This document shows positions 9,824 through 19,176 of a DNA stretch of 64,000 nt, piece by piece. Position 1 is the stretch's first letter; every line of letters begins with the position of its first letter. Source of the DNA: Patescibacteria group bacterium (GTDB lineage: Bacteria > Patescibacteriota > Minisyncoccia > Phycocordibacterales > PALSA-1337); contig JAZKDJ010000001.1 of NCBI GenBank assembly GCA_040387635.1, positions 311,453-375,452 on the forward strand, written 5' to 3'. The notes under the pieces were generated by a model that saw nothing but the letters and a program-made list of their open reading frames with translations, did not search any database and had not been told where the DNA came from. The position numbers and the translations under genes are program-made.

Positions 9824-10288
9824 ATGAAAAAAGGATCAACATTACTACTAAAAGGAGTCATCTTTCTTATCGGGGCCATTGTGCTCTTCCTATGTGCGTA
9901 TGTCTTACCTCAAGGAATCATGACAGACGTCACAGGGCTTTACCGACCCATTCTCATAGGTCTGTATTTTCCCGCTATTCCCTTTTTCGTTGCTCTGTAT
10001 CAAGCTCTGAAACTCTTGAACAATATTGATAAGGGTTTGGCTTTCTCAAATCTATCTACAAAGGCTCTGAATGTTATTAAATACTGCGCAATCATAATCA
10101 GTATCTTGTATGCGATAGGTATGCCATTCATCTTCATTGCAGCAGAGAAAGATGATGCGCCAGGTGTGATAGTCATCGGATTAGTGATTATCTTTGCTTC
10201 AGTAGTAATTGCAACCTTCGCGGCCGTGCTTCAGAAACTCCTGCAGGAAGCCTTGGACATAAAAGCTGAGAACGAATTAACTGTCTAG
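9824..10288 (+). CDS. multi-pass membrane protein (DUF2975/YoaS-like)
   Basis: Four predicted TM segments. Its genomic partner is a small XRE HTH protein, as in yoaS-yozG pairs. Confidence 0.55.
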   Translation: MKKGSTLLLKGVIFLIGAIVLFLCAYVLPQGIMTDVTGLYRPILIGLYFPAIPFFVALYQALKLLNNIDKGLAFSNLSTKALNVIKYCAIIISILYAIGMPFIFIAAEKDDAPGVIVIGLVIIFASVVIATFAAVLQKLLQEALDIKAENELTV

Positions 10289-10298
10289 AGAAAATACC

Positions 10299-10508
10299 AT
10301 GTCAATAATAATCAACATCGACGTGATGCTCGCAAAAAGAAAAATGAGCGTCACCGAACTCACTGAGAAAGTAGGAATAACCATGGCTAATATTTCCATA
10401 TTGAAGAATGGAAAAGCGAAGGCTATTCGACTATCGACGCTCGAAGCAATATGCAAAGCCCTAGACTGCCAGCCTGCGGATTTATTGGAATATAAGAAAG
10501 ACAAATAA
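10299..10508 (+). CDS. small helix-turn-helix transcriptional regulator, Cro/C1 (XRE) family (YozG-like)
   Basis: 69 aa containing MSVTELTEKVGITMANISILKNGKAKAIRLSTLEAICKALDCQPADLL, a classic XRE HTH. Confidence 0.8.
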   Translation: MSIIINIDVMLAKRKMSVTELTEKVGITMANISILKNGKAKAIRLSTLEAICKALDCQPADLLEYKKDK

Positions 10509-10513
10509 AAAAC

Positions 10514-11047
10514 ATGAATAAGAAAAACCTTCTACGTTTCGCACTTGTGACCGCACTCATACTACTCATACCTTTGATAGCAATGCAGTTCACTGATGAG
10601 GTAGTTTGGACCGCGTTTGATTTCGTCTTCGCTGGCACTCTCCTCTTCGGTACAGGTCTCGCTTATGAATTCTTATCGAGCAGATCAGGCACCCTTACCT
10701 ACCGCTTTGCCTCTGGCCTTGCTGTTATAACTGGACTCCTACTTATTTGGGTTAACGCTGCAGTTGGTCTCATAGGAAGTGAGGACAACCCCCTCAACCT
10801 ATTGTATTTTGGAGTCATCCTCATTGGAATAATTGGTGCTGTTGGTGCACGCCTCAAGCCGCTTGGAATGTCACATACACTGTTTGCGACAGCAGTAGCT
10901 CAGATATTAGTTCCTATCATTGCGCTCATTGTACGCAAACCGGACTTCTCTCCTGGAATAATCCATGTGTTAATTCTAAACGCAATCTTCGCCGCACTCT
11001 GGCTTGGATCAGGACTTCTGTTTCGACGCGCTGCAAATACGCAGTAA
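10514..11047 (+). CDS. multi-pass membrane protein
   Basis: 177 aa, strongly hydrophobic with 5 predicted TM helices. Co-oriented with and immediately downstream of the HTH gene. Confidence 0.55.
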   Translation: MNKKNLLRFALVTALILLIPLIAMQFTDEVVWTAFDFVFAGTLLFGTGLAYEFLSSRSGTLTYRFASGLAVITGLLLIWVNAAVGLIGSEDNPLNLLYFGVILIGIIGAVGARLKPLGMSHTLFATAVAQILVPIIALIVRKPDFSPGIIHVLILNAIFAALWLGSGLLFRRAANTQ

Positions 11048-11065
11048 GAAAAGCAAGATATCTTA

Positions 11066-11647
11066 TTGCATTTTCCTCTTCTTTGCCGTATATATAGTTC
11101 AGCATTTAAAAGTTCTATGAATAAGGCACCTTCGCGCCCAGTTGTTCTCTTTACGTCCAACAACCTTCCTTCTGCTCTCGACCACGTAACGACGGAAGAA
11201 AGTAGACACATCCGCTTTGTGAAGCCTGCGATGGGCAGGCACATCAAGGAAATGCATACCGATCCCAATGGCGCACTCCCGATAACACAGAAGCTTGCTG
11301 TTCGAGTGCTGCGTTTGGAATTACAGGATGCGGTTCCGTTCCACATGCACAATCACAAGGAGAAATTATACATCTCCAACAGCATGGGCAGAATTCAGGT
11401 AGTGATGTATCCACCTCCCGGACATCGACTTTACACTGGCCAACCTTTGCGGATTGACTTGCATGCGTACGGTCAACAGCTCGTGATTCCCGCGACGTGG
11501 CCACACGCACTTCACTGCACCGCGGTAGAAGAAAAACAAACGCATTCTGAAATTATGGTTATCAGTTCGCCTAATATGGACGACGATATCTTTTGGGAGG
11601 AAGATCTCGCTCGACTTGTGAGTCAGCCGCTTCCAGCTTCAAGCTGA
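11066..11647 (+). CDS. cupin-domain protein (true start probably the internal Met at about 11117)
   Basis: Cupin motif 1 PFHMHNHKEKLYISNSMG and motif 2 GQQLVIPATWPHAL. A terminator lies downstream. Confidence 0.5.
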   Translation: MHFPLLCRIYSSAFKSSMNKAPSRPVVLFTSNNLPSALDHVTTEESRHIRFVKPAMGRHIKEMHTDPNGALPITQKLAVRVLRLELQDAVPFHMHNHKEKLYISNSMGRIQVVMYPPPGHRLYTGQPLRIDLHAYGQQLVIPATWPHALHCTAVEEKQTHSEIMVISSPNMDDDIFWEEDLARLVSQPLPASS

Positions 11648-11668
11648 TCGTGAGCTGATCCCAATCGC

Positions 11669-11710
11669 AACGCCGGTGTGCACTTCGTGCACACCGGCGT
11701 TTCTTCTTTC
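11669..11710 (+). terminator. rho-independent terminator (15-bp perfect stem AACGCCGGTGTGCAC/GTGCACACCGGCGTT followed by a T-rich tract)
   Basis: Palindrome at 11669-11701 followed by TCTTCTTTC. Confidence 0.75.
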
Positions 11711-11729
11711 AATACACCTCCCCAATTCC

Positions 11730-12056
11730 CTACGCTTCCATCTTATTAATCTTCGCAGCTACAATAAAATCATTTTCCATAAGTCCTCCCACCGCATGCG
11801 TCCACAGCTCTAATTTAACTTTGTTGTAGTTAATATGAATGTCAGGATGATGACCTTCTGTCTCCGCAATGTCAGCAACCTTATTTACAAAGCTAATAGC
11901 CCGCACAAAGTCTTTGAACTCAAACTCTCTAACAATCTTTTTTCCATCGATTACATGCCAGCCAGGCGTATCAGCCAGGTATGTATGGATAGTTTCCGCG
12001 TCAAAGGGTTCTCCTCCATTCTCGCAAGGTACACATTTTTTGTTTGTTAAATCCAT
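11730..12056 (-). CDS. phhB: pterin-4-alpha-carbinolamine dehydratase (PCD/DCoH)
   Basis: 108 aa with the hallmark E-x-H-H-P motif (EGHHPDIHINYNKVKLELWTH). Confidence 0.85.
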   Translation of the reverse strand: MDLTNKKCVPCENGGEPFDAETIHTYLADTPGWHVIDGKKIVREFEFKDFVRAISFVNKVADIAETEGHHPDIHINYNKVKLELWTHAVGGLMENDFIVAAKINKMEA

Positions 12057-12209
12057 GGCTTTAATTATAGCTTAAAAAGCAAATTACGTTTCTTTGATTG
12101 ACTATTCTCCCTTACTATGACAACATTACAGCAACAAAGAGTTATGATTCGAAATCGTCGAATTTAAAGAACATTCTATTTGTAGCTTATTCGTTAATCA
12201 AAAACCCCA

Positions 12210-12407
12210 ATGACAGGATCAATCAAGAAGATCATGGACAAAGGATTCGGTTTCATCGCTCCAAGCGAGGGAGGAAAGGATATTTTCTTTCACTCAAACT
12301 CACTTGTAGGCGTGCAGTTCAATGAACTTCGCGAAGGTGACGCTGTTTCTTTTGAGACAGAGGACACAGACAAAGGCAAGAACGCTATAAACGTTCAGAG
12401 AGCTTAA
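12210..12407 (+). CDS. cspA: cold-shock protein (CspA family)
   Basis: 65 aa. KGFGFI RNP1-like motif and cold-shock domain length. Confidence 0.9.
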   Translation: MTGSIKKIMDKGFGFIAPSEGGKDIFFHSNSLVGVQFNELREGDAVSFETEDTDKGKNAINVQRA

Positions 12408-12417
12408 ATCTGAGAGC

Positions 12418-12455
12418 AAAAAACCGCTTCGGAATAAAATCCAAGCGGTTTTTTG
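12418..12455 (+). terminator. rho-independent terminator
   Basis: AAACCGCTTCGG...CCAAGCGGTTTTTT. Confidence 0.7.
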
Positions 12456-12535
12456 CTGCTTGATAACTCATTTGACCCTGCCAGCCGGAGGTGCTTAAAT
12501 AACGGAAGACACAAGCACCACAACAGATCATTTCT

Positions 12536-12898
12536 ATGACTACGTCAAGTACGAAGGTTCTCCTTATCGCTCCGAAAAACAACACAACGCAACTTTTGGA
12601 ACAGATTTGCGCTAATGAATTCCAATGCGAAGTAACAACCGCCGAGGAATTCACGGCAGCAGAAAAGCTTCTTAATGGTAATAGCTTCAACATTGTCGTC
12701 TTAGGAGACGACATTCCAGGCGGTGATTGTCGCAAGCTGGCGACTTCAGCCAACAAGACTCAAAAGAATGCTCTGACGATCAGTGCCCACGGTGACCCGG
12801 CTAAACGTTCCCTTCACTGTCAGTTGGGATTCAAAAAGCAGGCAGGTCCTTTAATGGCCCCTGAACTAATCCGCGCAGAACTGCGCGCAATGAAGTAG
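12536..12898 (+). CDS. stand-alone CheY-like receiver-domain protein (atypical; N-terminal acidic pair missing)
   Basis: hhhhGDDIPGGD phospho-acceptor region, LTISAHGD and a K-P region, arranged like an REC fold. The canonical DD near beta-1 is replaced by APKN. Confidence 0.4.
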   Translation: MTTSSTKVLLIAPKNNTTQLLEQICANEFQCEVTTAEEFTAAEKLLNGNSFNIVVLGDDIPGGDCRKLATSANKTQKNALTISAHGDPAKRSLHCQLGFKKQAGPLMAPELIRAELRAMK

Positions 12899-12911
12899 TA
12901 AACCTCTTCAG

Positions 12912-12952
12912 AGAAAACCTCAACAGGCATCTCTCGTTGAGGTTTTCTTTCT
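12912..12952 (+). terminator. rho-independent terminator (GAAAACCTCAAC/GTTGAGGTTTTC followed by TTTCT)
   Basis: 12-bp inverted repeat followed by a T-run. Confidence 0.7.
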
Positions 12953-13007
12953 ACCCAAAATATGATTATATAAAAATAGAACAACACCAAGGAGAAAGGC
13001 ATGCTAT

Positions 13008-13196
13008 ATGCTATTCCATGAATGCAAAGAAGGTCGATGCAGTAACTGCGTTGGCAAGGATCAAACTGAAGTTCAGTGCGAGTGCCCCTGCCATGCAAAA
13101 AAGCTTGCTCAAGCAAGCCAGACCCCTGGTAATACAACAAAGAAAGCTCCAACGTTCAACTGGCGTGTTCCTCGCCGTAGGCGACGACACTACTGA
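13008..13196 (+). CDS. small Cys-rich basic protein (7 Cys; possible zinc ribbon), preceded by a 6-codon mini-ORF
   Basis: ECKEGRCSNCVGKDQTEVQCECPCHAK Cys pattern. An AAGGAG Shine-Dalgarno sequence lies 6 nt upstream of a mini-ORF MLYAIP* that overlaps the start. Weak evidence. Confidence 0.3.
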   Translation: MLFHECKEGRCSNCVGKDQTEVQCECPCHAKKLAQASQTPGNTTKKAPTFNWRVPRRRRRHY

Positions 13197-13270
13197 CACT
13201 TCAGCGATAATGGACCCCTCAATAGTTCCCCACCAAAGACGTCCCGCGCACCACGTGCCGGGGCTGTTTT

Positions 13271-14932
13271 TTATTCCTCCCTCAAGAACAATCGTGCCAA
13301 CCTTAGTTCAATAAAGTCATATGTCGATCCTAATATTTCTCTTACGGCAGAAAGTTTCATGTCTCCAAGTTTCTTGCGCTTACCCTCTCCATACAACTCT
13401 AAGAATATTTCTTCTATCTTCCCAAATCTTTTTGGCTTCAAATGTTCAAATGATAATTCAGGATCGGCCTTGCCGGAATCAACAAGCTTCTCGAGATGAT
13501 CAAGAATGGTTCCCTCACCCAATTCACGCTTCTTTGCTATGTCCTTAAGAGAATGACCTGCGAGTGCCAGTTCCAGAGTAGCGTCGGTGGTTGCTCCCTT
13601 CTTTTTCTTTGGAGGCTTTCTTCCTGCAACACGTGCAGTAAACTCTTCTTGTAGTGTCCGCATTTCGTTATCACCCAGCGTATTTAAATATCCAACCGCG
13701 TCTTCGGACATAGCTCTGAGCTCATCATCAAATTCCAGAATTTCATCATGCACCTGGAGTGCCATCTCATTGAGGCCTAAAAGTTTCAATCCCTCAAAAG
13801 AGCGCACTCTAGAGAGCGCAACATACCCCATTCCCTTCTCGAAGGACTTTGAGAGATCTACTTCTACAGCATCAAGACTCATTCCCTGACTCTTATGAAC
13901 CGTAATAGCCCATGCCAAGCGAAGAGGTACCTGTGAAATTTCAGCCTTGATCTTCCCATCTTCCTGAACTGTCCATGAGACAGGCGCTGCTGTAATCCTA
14001 CCCTTACTTGTTTCTACAATCGGTCCCTGCTCACTCAGTTCTTTGATAACCCCTAGAGTTCCGTTCACATACCCTGTTTCATAATTATTTTTTACAAACA
14101 TAACGCGAGCACCCTTCTTGAGAAGTAGTCTCTCGGGAGCAAGACAGCTCTTCTTAAGTGCCTCAACAAGCATAGGTATGCCACGCGAAGTCATCTGATA
14201 TAGGCGGGCTTCGCCTGGGATTTTCTCAAGTTCTCCGAAGTTTATATTGTCTACATCATAATTATGCGTATACAAGCGAGTGGGTTCGACAGTCATCTTC
14301 AGATCCTTATTATGTCTATCTTTCAAATGCCCGCGCACTTCGCTATTAATAACTCCGCTTCTTATAGCATTCAATACAGTAAGTGAAGTCTCGTCCTTCT
14401 GGCGAAATTGCTCATGGAGATAACAAACTTTGAGATTGAGATCTCGCCAAGCTTCCGATCGATATATAAATTCTGCTTTCTCTTCCCCTTCCCTGGAAAC
14501 CGGTGGCAGCTGAAAAAAGTCTCCACACAGTACCACCTGCATGCCGCCGAAGGTTTCAGAATTTCTTTTGAATGCTCTGACAATTTTTTCAACCATATCA
14601 AGACGAAAATGATGCAGCATCGAAACCTCATCGATAATAAGCACTTTGGTATCCTTGATCCGATCCCAGAGATACTTCTTCTCTTCCATTGCCTCCAAAT
14701 CATAATCACTGATTGAATTCCTAATTCCAAGACCGCTCCAAGAATGAATGGTGATGCCGTTCATATGAGTGGCAGCGATGCCGGTAGAAGCAGTAACAGC
14801 AACTTCCACTTCATTTTTTCGTAGATAGTCGATGTACTGGTTAAGTACGTAGGTCTTACCGCTTCCCGCCTGTCCGGTGAGATATACATTGTGCCCAAGC
14901 TTGAGAATATTGAGTGCCTCCTTCTGTGTCAT
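13271..14932 (-). CDS. PIF1/RecD-family SF1B DNA helicase with a C-terminal helical extension
   Basis: Walker A GQAGSGKTY, Walker B IIDEVSM and the family-defining C-terminal motif ITVHKSQGMSLD. Confidence 0.8.
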   Translation of the reverse strand: MTQKEALNILKLGHNVYLTGQAGSGKTYVLNQYIDYLRKNEVEVAVTASTGIAATHMNGITIHSWSGLGIRNSISDYDLEAMEEKKYLWDRIKDTKVLIIDEVSMLHHFRLDMVEKIVRAFKRNSETFGGMQVVLCGDFFQLPPVSREGEEKAEFIYRSEAWRDLNLKVCYLHEQFRQKDETSLTVLNAIRSGVINSEVRGHLKDRHNKDLKMTVEPTRLYTHNYDVDNINFGELEKIPGEARLYQMTSRGIPMLVEALKKSCLAPERLLLKKGARVMFVKNNYETGYVNGTLGVIKELSEQGPIVETSKGRITAAPVSWTVQEDGKIKAEISQVPLRLAWAITVHKSQGMSLDAVEVDLSKSFEKGMGYVALSRVRSFEGLKLLGLNEMALQVHDEILEFDDELRAMSEDAVGYLNTLGDNEMRTLQEEFTARVAGRKPPKKKKGATTDATLELALAGHSLKDIAKKRELGEGTILDHLEKLVDSGKADPELSFEHLKPKRFGKIEEIFLELYGEGKRKKLGDMKLSAVREILGSTYDFIELRLARLFLREE

Positions 14933-15042
14933 TGGGCCAGTATACCAAACTGAATATGAAAAAGATCTAAAATTAAATTTTTATTACTACTTGCATATTT
15001 CAACCTTGTTTATTACCATATTTATAGAAATCCCTTGTACGC

Positions 15043-15300
15043 ATGGCAGTCACCACAATTCACGGTAAAGTCTTAGACGCGAGCTTCGAATGGTTCAAAA
15101 AACTCCTTGCCTCATCACAGGCTGTTGGTCATCACATCAACATTGCTTCGGGCAATTGCAGATTCAAATTCAAAATCGATGAGGTTCGCAACAAACAAGA
15201 CGATGTCTTCGTCGAACTGAAAGGAAAAAATTCAATGAACGTCGAGGGTATTGTTCGGATTGACCTTCGCACCAAGTCAATCGAAATTACCTACGCGTAG
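15043..15300 (+). CDS. hypothetical protein
   Basis: 85-aa ORF in the divergent region between the helicase and PLD genes. Confidence 0.35.
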   Translation: MAVTTIHGKVLDASFEWFKKLLASSQAVGHHINIASGNCRFKFKIDEVRNKQDDVFVELKGKNSMNVEGIVRIDLRTKSIEITYA

Positions 15301-15394
15301 TACCAGATCCATCCCCCCAAGCGGCCAAGACTTCGTCTCGGCCGCTTTTACCTTGGTTATATGCTACAATCGAAAAACAACGCCAGCCTGCTAA

Positions 15395-16486
15395 TTGGCC
15401 CTCACTATGAACAAAACTCAATGGAAAGTATATAGCACTACCGAAGACGCCTGGAAAGCAATGCTTGAGGCATGCAAGAATGCAAAAAAGTCCATCGATC
15501 TTGAGCAGTTTCTCTTTGTTGCGGATGATGTAGGAAAGCAGTTTATCGAGGTCTGCGCTGCTAAAGCTCAAGAAGGTGTGCGCGTAAGATTTCTTTGGGA
15601 TGCCGCCGGAAGTTTTACATTCTTCGGATCTTCCCTAGCAAATGACCTCAAGAAAAAAGGCATCGAACTAGCATTCTTCTACACCCTTGTACCACGACTT
15701 CTTGATCTCCATGATTACAGATTTTGGTTTTTTAGAAATCACAGACGCTCTCTTATTATTGACGATGAGAAAGCTTTCACTGGAAGCATCTGCCTGTCAG
15801 ACAAAATGAAAGAGTGGCGTGACACCCACACGGAATTGTCGGGAGATATCGTGATTGAAATACGCAAAGCCTTCGAAGCAATGTGGAATCGTGCTCATGG
15901 CATTAAATCCAACTGGAGTGGCCGCGAACTCATATCGTCAGATGGATTCAACTACGTAACAAACAACCCATCTCCTCGAAGACGATTTTTGTATTACCGC
16001 CTTATTGACGCCATCCGAAACGGACAAAAATATATTTACATCACTACTCCATACTTCGTTCCCACACAGCGACTTCTCCGAGTCATCCTTCTTGCCGCTC
16101 ACCGGGGCGCTGATGTCAGATTGATACTTCCCAAAGGCTCAGACCACCCTCTTGTGGATCTCTGTGCGAGATCTTTCTTTAGCCAGCTTCTCAAGGCGGG
16201 TGTTAGAATTTTCCTCTACAACGGTGAAATGATTCACAACAAAACCATTGTGATTGACGATGAATGGGGTACGGCAGGCAGCCTCAACCTCGACAACATC
16301 AGCCTTCTCTACAATTATGAGGCGAATATCATCACTACCGACCATGACTGCATCCAGGAATTCAAGAATCATTTTGCCCACGACCAGAACCAGAGCACCG
16401 AACTTCTCTATTCGGAATGGAAGAAGCGTATTTTCCTCAAAAAGGTGCTCGAACGGCTCTCTCGGCTCATAAGCAAATTTCTATAG
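15395..16486 (+). CDS. phospholipase D superfamily protein (cardiolipin-synthase-like, two HKD-type motifs)
   Basis: Second motif HNKTIVIDDEWGTAGSLN (HxKx4D). First motif degenerate, HRRSLIIDDEKAFTGS. Confidence 0.7.
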   Translation: MALTMNKTQWKVYSTTEDAWKAMLEACKNAKKSIDLEQFLFVADDVGKQFIEVCAAKAQEGVRVRFLWDAAGSFTFFGSSLANDLKKKGIELAFFYTLVPRLLDLHDYRFWFFRNHRRSLIIDDEKAFTGSICLSDKMKEWRDTHTELSGDIVIEIRKAFEAMWNRAHGIKSNWSGRELISSDGFNYVTNNPSPRRRFLYYRLIDAIRNGQKYIYITTPYFVPTQRLLRVILLAAHRGADVRLILPKGSDHPLVDLCARSFFSQLLKAGVRIFLYNGEMIHNKTIVIDDEWGTAGSLNLDNISLLYNYEANIITTDHDCIQEFKNHFAHDQNQSTELLYSEWKKRIFLKKVLERLSRLISKFL

Positions 16487-16584
16487 GGATCTCTAAGATT
16501 CCCTGAAAAATCATTGCATCTAGGCAGTTTTTATGCTTTAATTCACTGTAATAGAGTTATCTCTAGCCTTTTAATTTAATCCAA

Positions 16585-17097
16585 TTGAGTACTATAAGAA
16601 TACGAATCAACCATCAGATCAAAGCCCCCGAACTGCGCCTTATCGATGAGAATGGCCAGAATGTCGGTGTTGTCACATTTCGTGAGGCATTTGAACGTGC
16701 TCAGGCCGCACAGCTCGATCTTATTGAAATCGCCCCTACTGCCACTCCCCCGGTTGCAAAAATCATGGATTATGGTAAATTTCAATACGACGAAAAGAAG
16801 AAGCAAAAGCTCGCCAAATCCAGGACCCAGACCACTGATTTGAAGAATATTCAGGTCAAAATAGGTACAGGAGAGCACGATTTGGAACTAAAAGCCAAAA
16901 AAGCTTCTGAATGGCTCGCGGAAGGACATCGGGTAAAAATCGATCTCTTTGTTTCGGGACGGTCAAAGTATATGGAGTTCAAATTCCTTCGGGAACGATT
17001 GGACCGTATTTTCAAGCTCATTACGGTGGAATACAAGATCACCGAAGAGCCTAAGAAGGGACCAAAGGGACTAACGTCAGTCATAGAACGAGCATAA
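16585..17097 (+). CDS. infC: translation initiation factor IF-3, with a TTG start codon
   Basis: IF3 N- and C-domain signature (LIDENGQNVGVV...; C-terminal KKGP). TTG at 16585, in keeping with the non-canonical starts usual for infC. Confidence 0.9.
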   Translation: MSTIRIRINHQIKAPELRLIDENGQNVGVVTFREAFERAQAAQLDLIEIAPTATPPVAKIMDYGKFQYDEKKKQKLAKSRTQTTDLKNIQVKIGTGEHDLELKAKKASEWLAEGHRVKIDLFVSGRSKYMEFKFLRERLDRIFKLITVEYKITEEPKKGPKGLTSVIERA

Positions 17098-17128
17098 GCT
17101 CTCAAAAAGAAGCGTTCACATAAAAGTT

Positions 17129-17314
17129 ATGAAAACAAACAAATCATACGCAAAGCGATTAAAAGTAACACGAAACGGTAAGATCTTCAGCCGACGAGCT
17201 GGACAGAACCATTTCAATGCCAAGGAAAGCCGACGCAGCCAGCTCAAGAAGAAAGGCAACATGCCATTCATCATCAGCAACAAGGCGAAGAGCAGACTAT
17301 TGGTCAACATGTAA
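17129..17314 (+). CDS. rpmI: 50S ribosomal protein L35
   Basis: 61-aa basic protein in the infC-rpmI-rplT order. Confidence 0.85.
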   Translation: MKTNKSYAKRLKVTRNGKIFSRRAGQNHFNAKESRRSQLKKKGNMPFIISNKAKSRLLVNM

Positions 17315-17352
17315 GCACTACCCCGGGAATCTAATCAACTAAAGAAACTAAT

Positions 17353-17697
17353 ATGGTACGAGTAAAAAAAGGCGTTAACGCCCTGAAGACAAGAAAAAAG
17401 ATACTTAGCCAAGTTAAGGGCTACCGTTTCGGACGAAGCACAAAGGAGCGAATGGCATATGAGGCTATCTCACACGCCGGAGCTTACGCTTTCGCTCACC
17501 GACGAGACAAGAAGGGTGACATGCGACGACTCTGGAACGTGCGAATCAACGCCGCTCTCCGCCCAATGAACCTCTCATACAGCAAGTTCATCGGTGCTCT
17601 CAAGAAGAAGAACATCGCAGTTGACCGAAAGATCCTCGCGACGCTTGCAGCTGAGAATCCAAAGGCATTCGAAAACATCGTAAAGAAAGTAGCGTAA
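17353..17697 (+). CDS. rplT: 50S ribosomal protein L20
   Basis: MVRVKKGV...GYRFGRSTKERMAYEA is a typical L20 N-terminus. Confidence 0.9.
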   Translation: MVRVKKGVNALKTRKKILSQVKGYRFGRSTKERMAYEAISHAGAYAFAHRRDKKGDMRRLWNVRINAALRPMNLSYSKFIGALKKKNIAVDRKILATLAAENPKAFENIVKKVA

Positions 17698-17714
17698 TAT
17701 CTCAAAAACTACTA

Positions 17715-17752
17715 ACAAAAAAACGGCTTATTTATAAGCCGGTTTTTTTGTT
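17715..17752. terminator. bidirectional rho-independent terminator (A-tract, stem ACGGCTTAT/ATAAGCCGG, T-tract)
   Basis: Serves the convergent rplT (+) and beta-CASP (-) genes. Confidence 0.75.
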
Positions 17753-19176
17753 TAGAGTAAATATATCTTCTCAGGTTCCGGACATACAGCCTCTACCCCT
17801 AATTCATTCCTAAGCCTTTGTGCCAGCTTGGTTGAAGACTTAAGCTCCCCCATCACTACGAAGGCCTTCTTTAGCCGTTCTTGCCCATGAGATACGAATT
17901 CCACCAAATGGTCAGAATCCTTATGCGCTGAGTATCCGAAGATAGTTTCAATTCTAGCCTTTACCTGCACTTTCTCTCCATCAACATTGATACTCTTAGC
18001 TTTCTCCTGAAGTTGCCTGCCTAGTGTGCCCGCAGGCTGGTAGCCGACCAATAGAATGGTGCTATGGGGGTCAGGTGCGTATTCAGCCTCATGTCTCCTC
18101 ACCCGGCCTCCCATGGACATTCCTGAGCCTGCCACGATGATCTTAGGGGCATCAGTCTTCGATATCTCCTTGGAATCCCTGTTGGATGCAGTAATGGTAA
18201 GTTTTGGAAAATCAAAGATGTCCCCTCTCTGCTCAATCCTCTTCTTTGTCGATGGATTAAAAAGCTCGGTATATGAGCGATACACTTCTGTAACTCGTGA
18301 AGCAAGCGGTGAATCAAGGAAAACCGGCATCGCTGGAATTTTTCCTTCCTCAATCAAATTATTGATCTCATACAAAATCACCTGTGTCCTCTCAACTGAG
18401 AAAGCTGGTATCACAAGAGTTCCCTTTCTCTGGTGCGTTTCTTTGATAATTCTCTCAAGCTCTCGAATTCGAGCATCATGAGATTCGTGATTCCTGTCTC
18501 CATACACGCTTTCCATAACCAAATATTCAGCATCAGTTACATACTCAGTATCTCGAAGTATTGGTGTGGGTGTATTACCCAAGTCACCTGTGAAAGCGAT
18601 TTTCTTTTTCCTGTCACCTATACCAAGAAGCTCTTCATGGATAGTGAACTCAACAATCGCTGACCCTAGAATGTGTCCAGCGTCTAGAAAATGCGCAGAC
18701 ACTCCTTCAGTCAAATTAAACGCAGTGTGGTATTCGACAATATTCCAAAAAGAGAACGCCAGTTCGACATCTCCCTCTTCATACAAAGGCGCTACACCTT
18801 CACGTTCAGCGCTCTGTCTCAGAAGATGCACGGCGTCTTCGAGGATTAACCTCGCCAAGTCACGAGTAGCAGGAGTGGAGTATATTTTGCCCCTAAAGCC
18901 GTCTTTTACAAGCTTTGGAATCCTTCCTACATGGTCTAGATGCGCGTGAGTTATAACAAGCGAATGAGTCTCATAAACATTGAACGCAAATGGAATTCGA
19001 TTCTGTGACTCTGCCTCCTTACTTCCCTGCACCATACCGCAATCGATAAGGATCTTCGCAGGCTTCGAGGAATCTTTCTGAGGAACATTTAATAGAAAAT
19101 TTGCACCCGTAACAGTTCCTACGCCTGTCATAAATGAAACGTATAGTTTACCTTCGTCGTTACTGTTTTTTTTCAT
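17752..19176 (-). CDS. MBL-fold beta-CASP family ribonuclease (CPSF/RNase J-like)
   Basis: HAHLDHVGRIP (HxHxDH) and the arrangement of beta-CASP motifs. Confidence 0.8.
   Translation of the reverse strand: MKKNSNDEGKLYVSFMTGVGTVTGANFLLNVPQKDSSKPAKILIDCGMVQGSKEAESQNRIPFAFNVYETHSLVITHAHLDHVGRIPKLVKDGFRGKIYSTPATRDLARLILEDAVHLLRQSAEREGVAPLYEEGDVELAFSFWNIVEYHTAFNLTEGVSAHFLDAGHILGSAIVEFTIHEELLGIGDRKKKIAFTGDLGNTPTPILRDTEYVTDAEYLVMESVYGDRNHESHDARIRELERIIKETHQRKGTLVIPAFSVERTQVILYEINNLIEEGKIPAMPVFLDSPLASRVTEVYRSYTELFNPSTKKRIEQRGDIFDFPKLTITASNRDSKEISKTDAPKIIVAGSGMSMGGRVRRHEAEYAPDPHSTILLVGYQPAGTLGRQLQEKAKSINVDGEKVQVKARIETIFGYSAHKDSDHLVEFVSHGQERLKKAFVVMGELKSSTKLAQRLRNELGVEAVCPEPEKIYLL

Noticed and set aside
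10900-11352. A 150-aa minus-strand ORF overlapping the cupin gene.
   Set aside because: The plus-strand ORF carries both cupin motifs and a downstream terminator. The minus-strand ORF has no motif and would be antisense within a plus-strand gene run.
12477-12490. A 14-15-nt motif CCTGCC(C)AGCCGGAG shared with 19581-19595.
   Set aside because: About 7 exact 14-mer coincidences are expected by chance between two positions in a 64-kb sequence when both strands are considered. There is no flanking similarity and no structural context.
12937-13314. A 125-aa ORF spanning the intergenic gap and running into the helicase gene 3' end.
   Set aside because: It overlaps the convergent helicase gene. 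Its Shine-Dalgarno spacing is worse than for the mini-uORF/Cys-rich ORF, and it has no motif.
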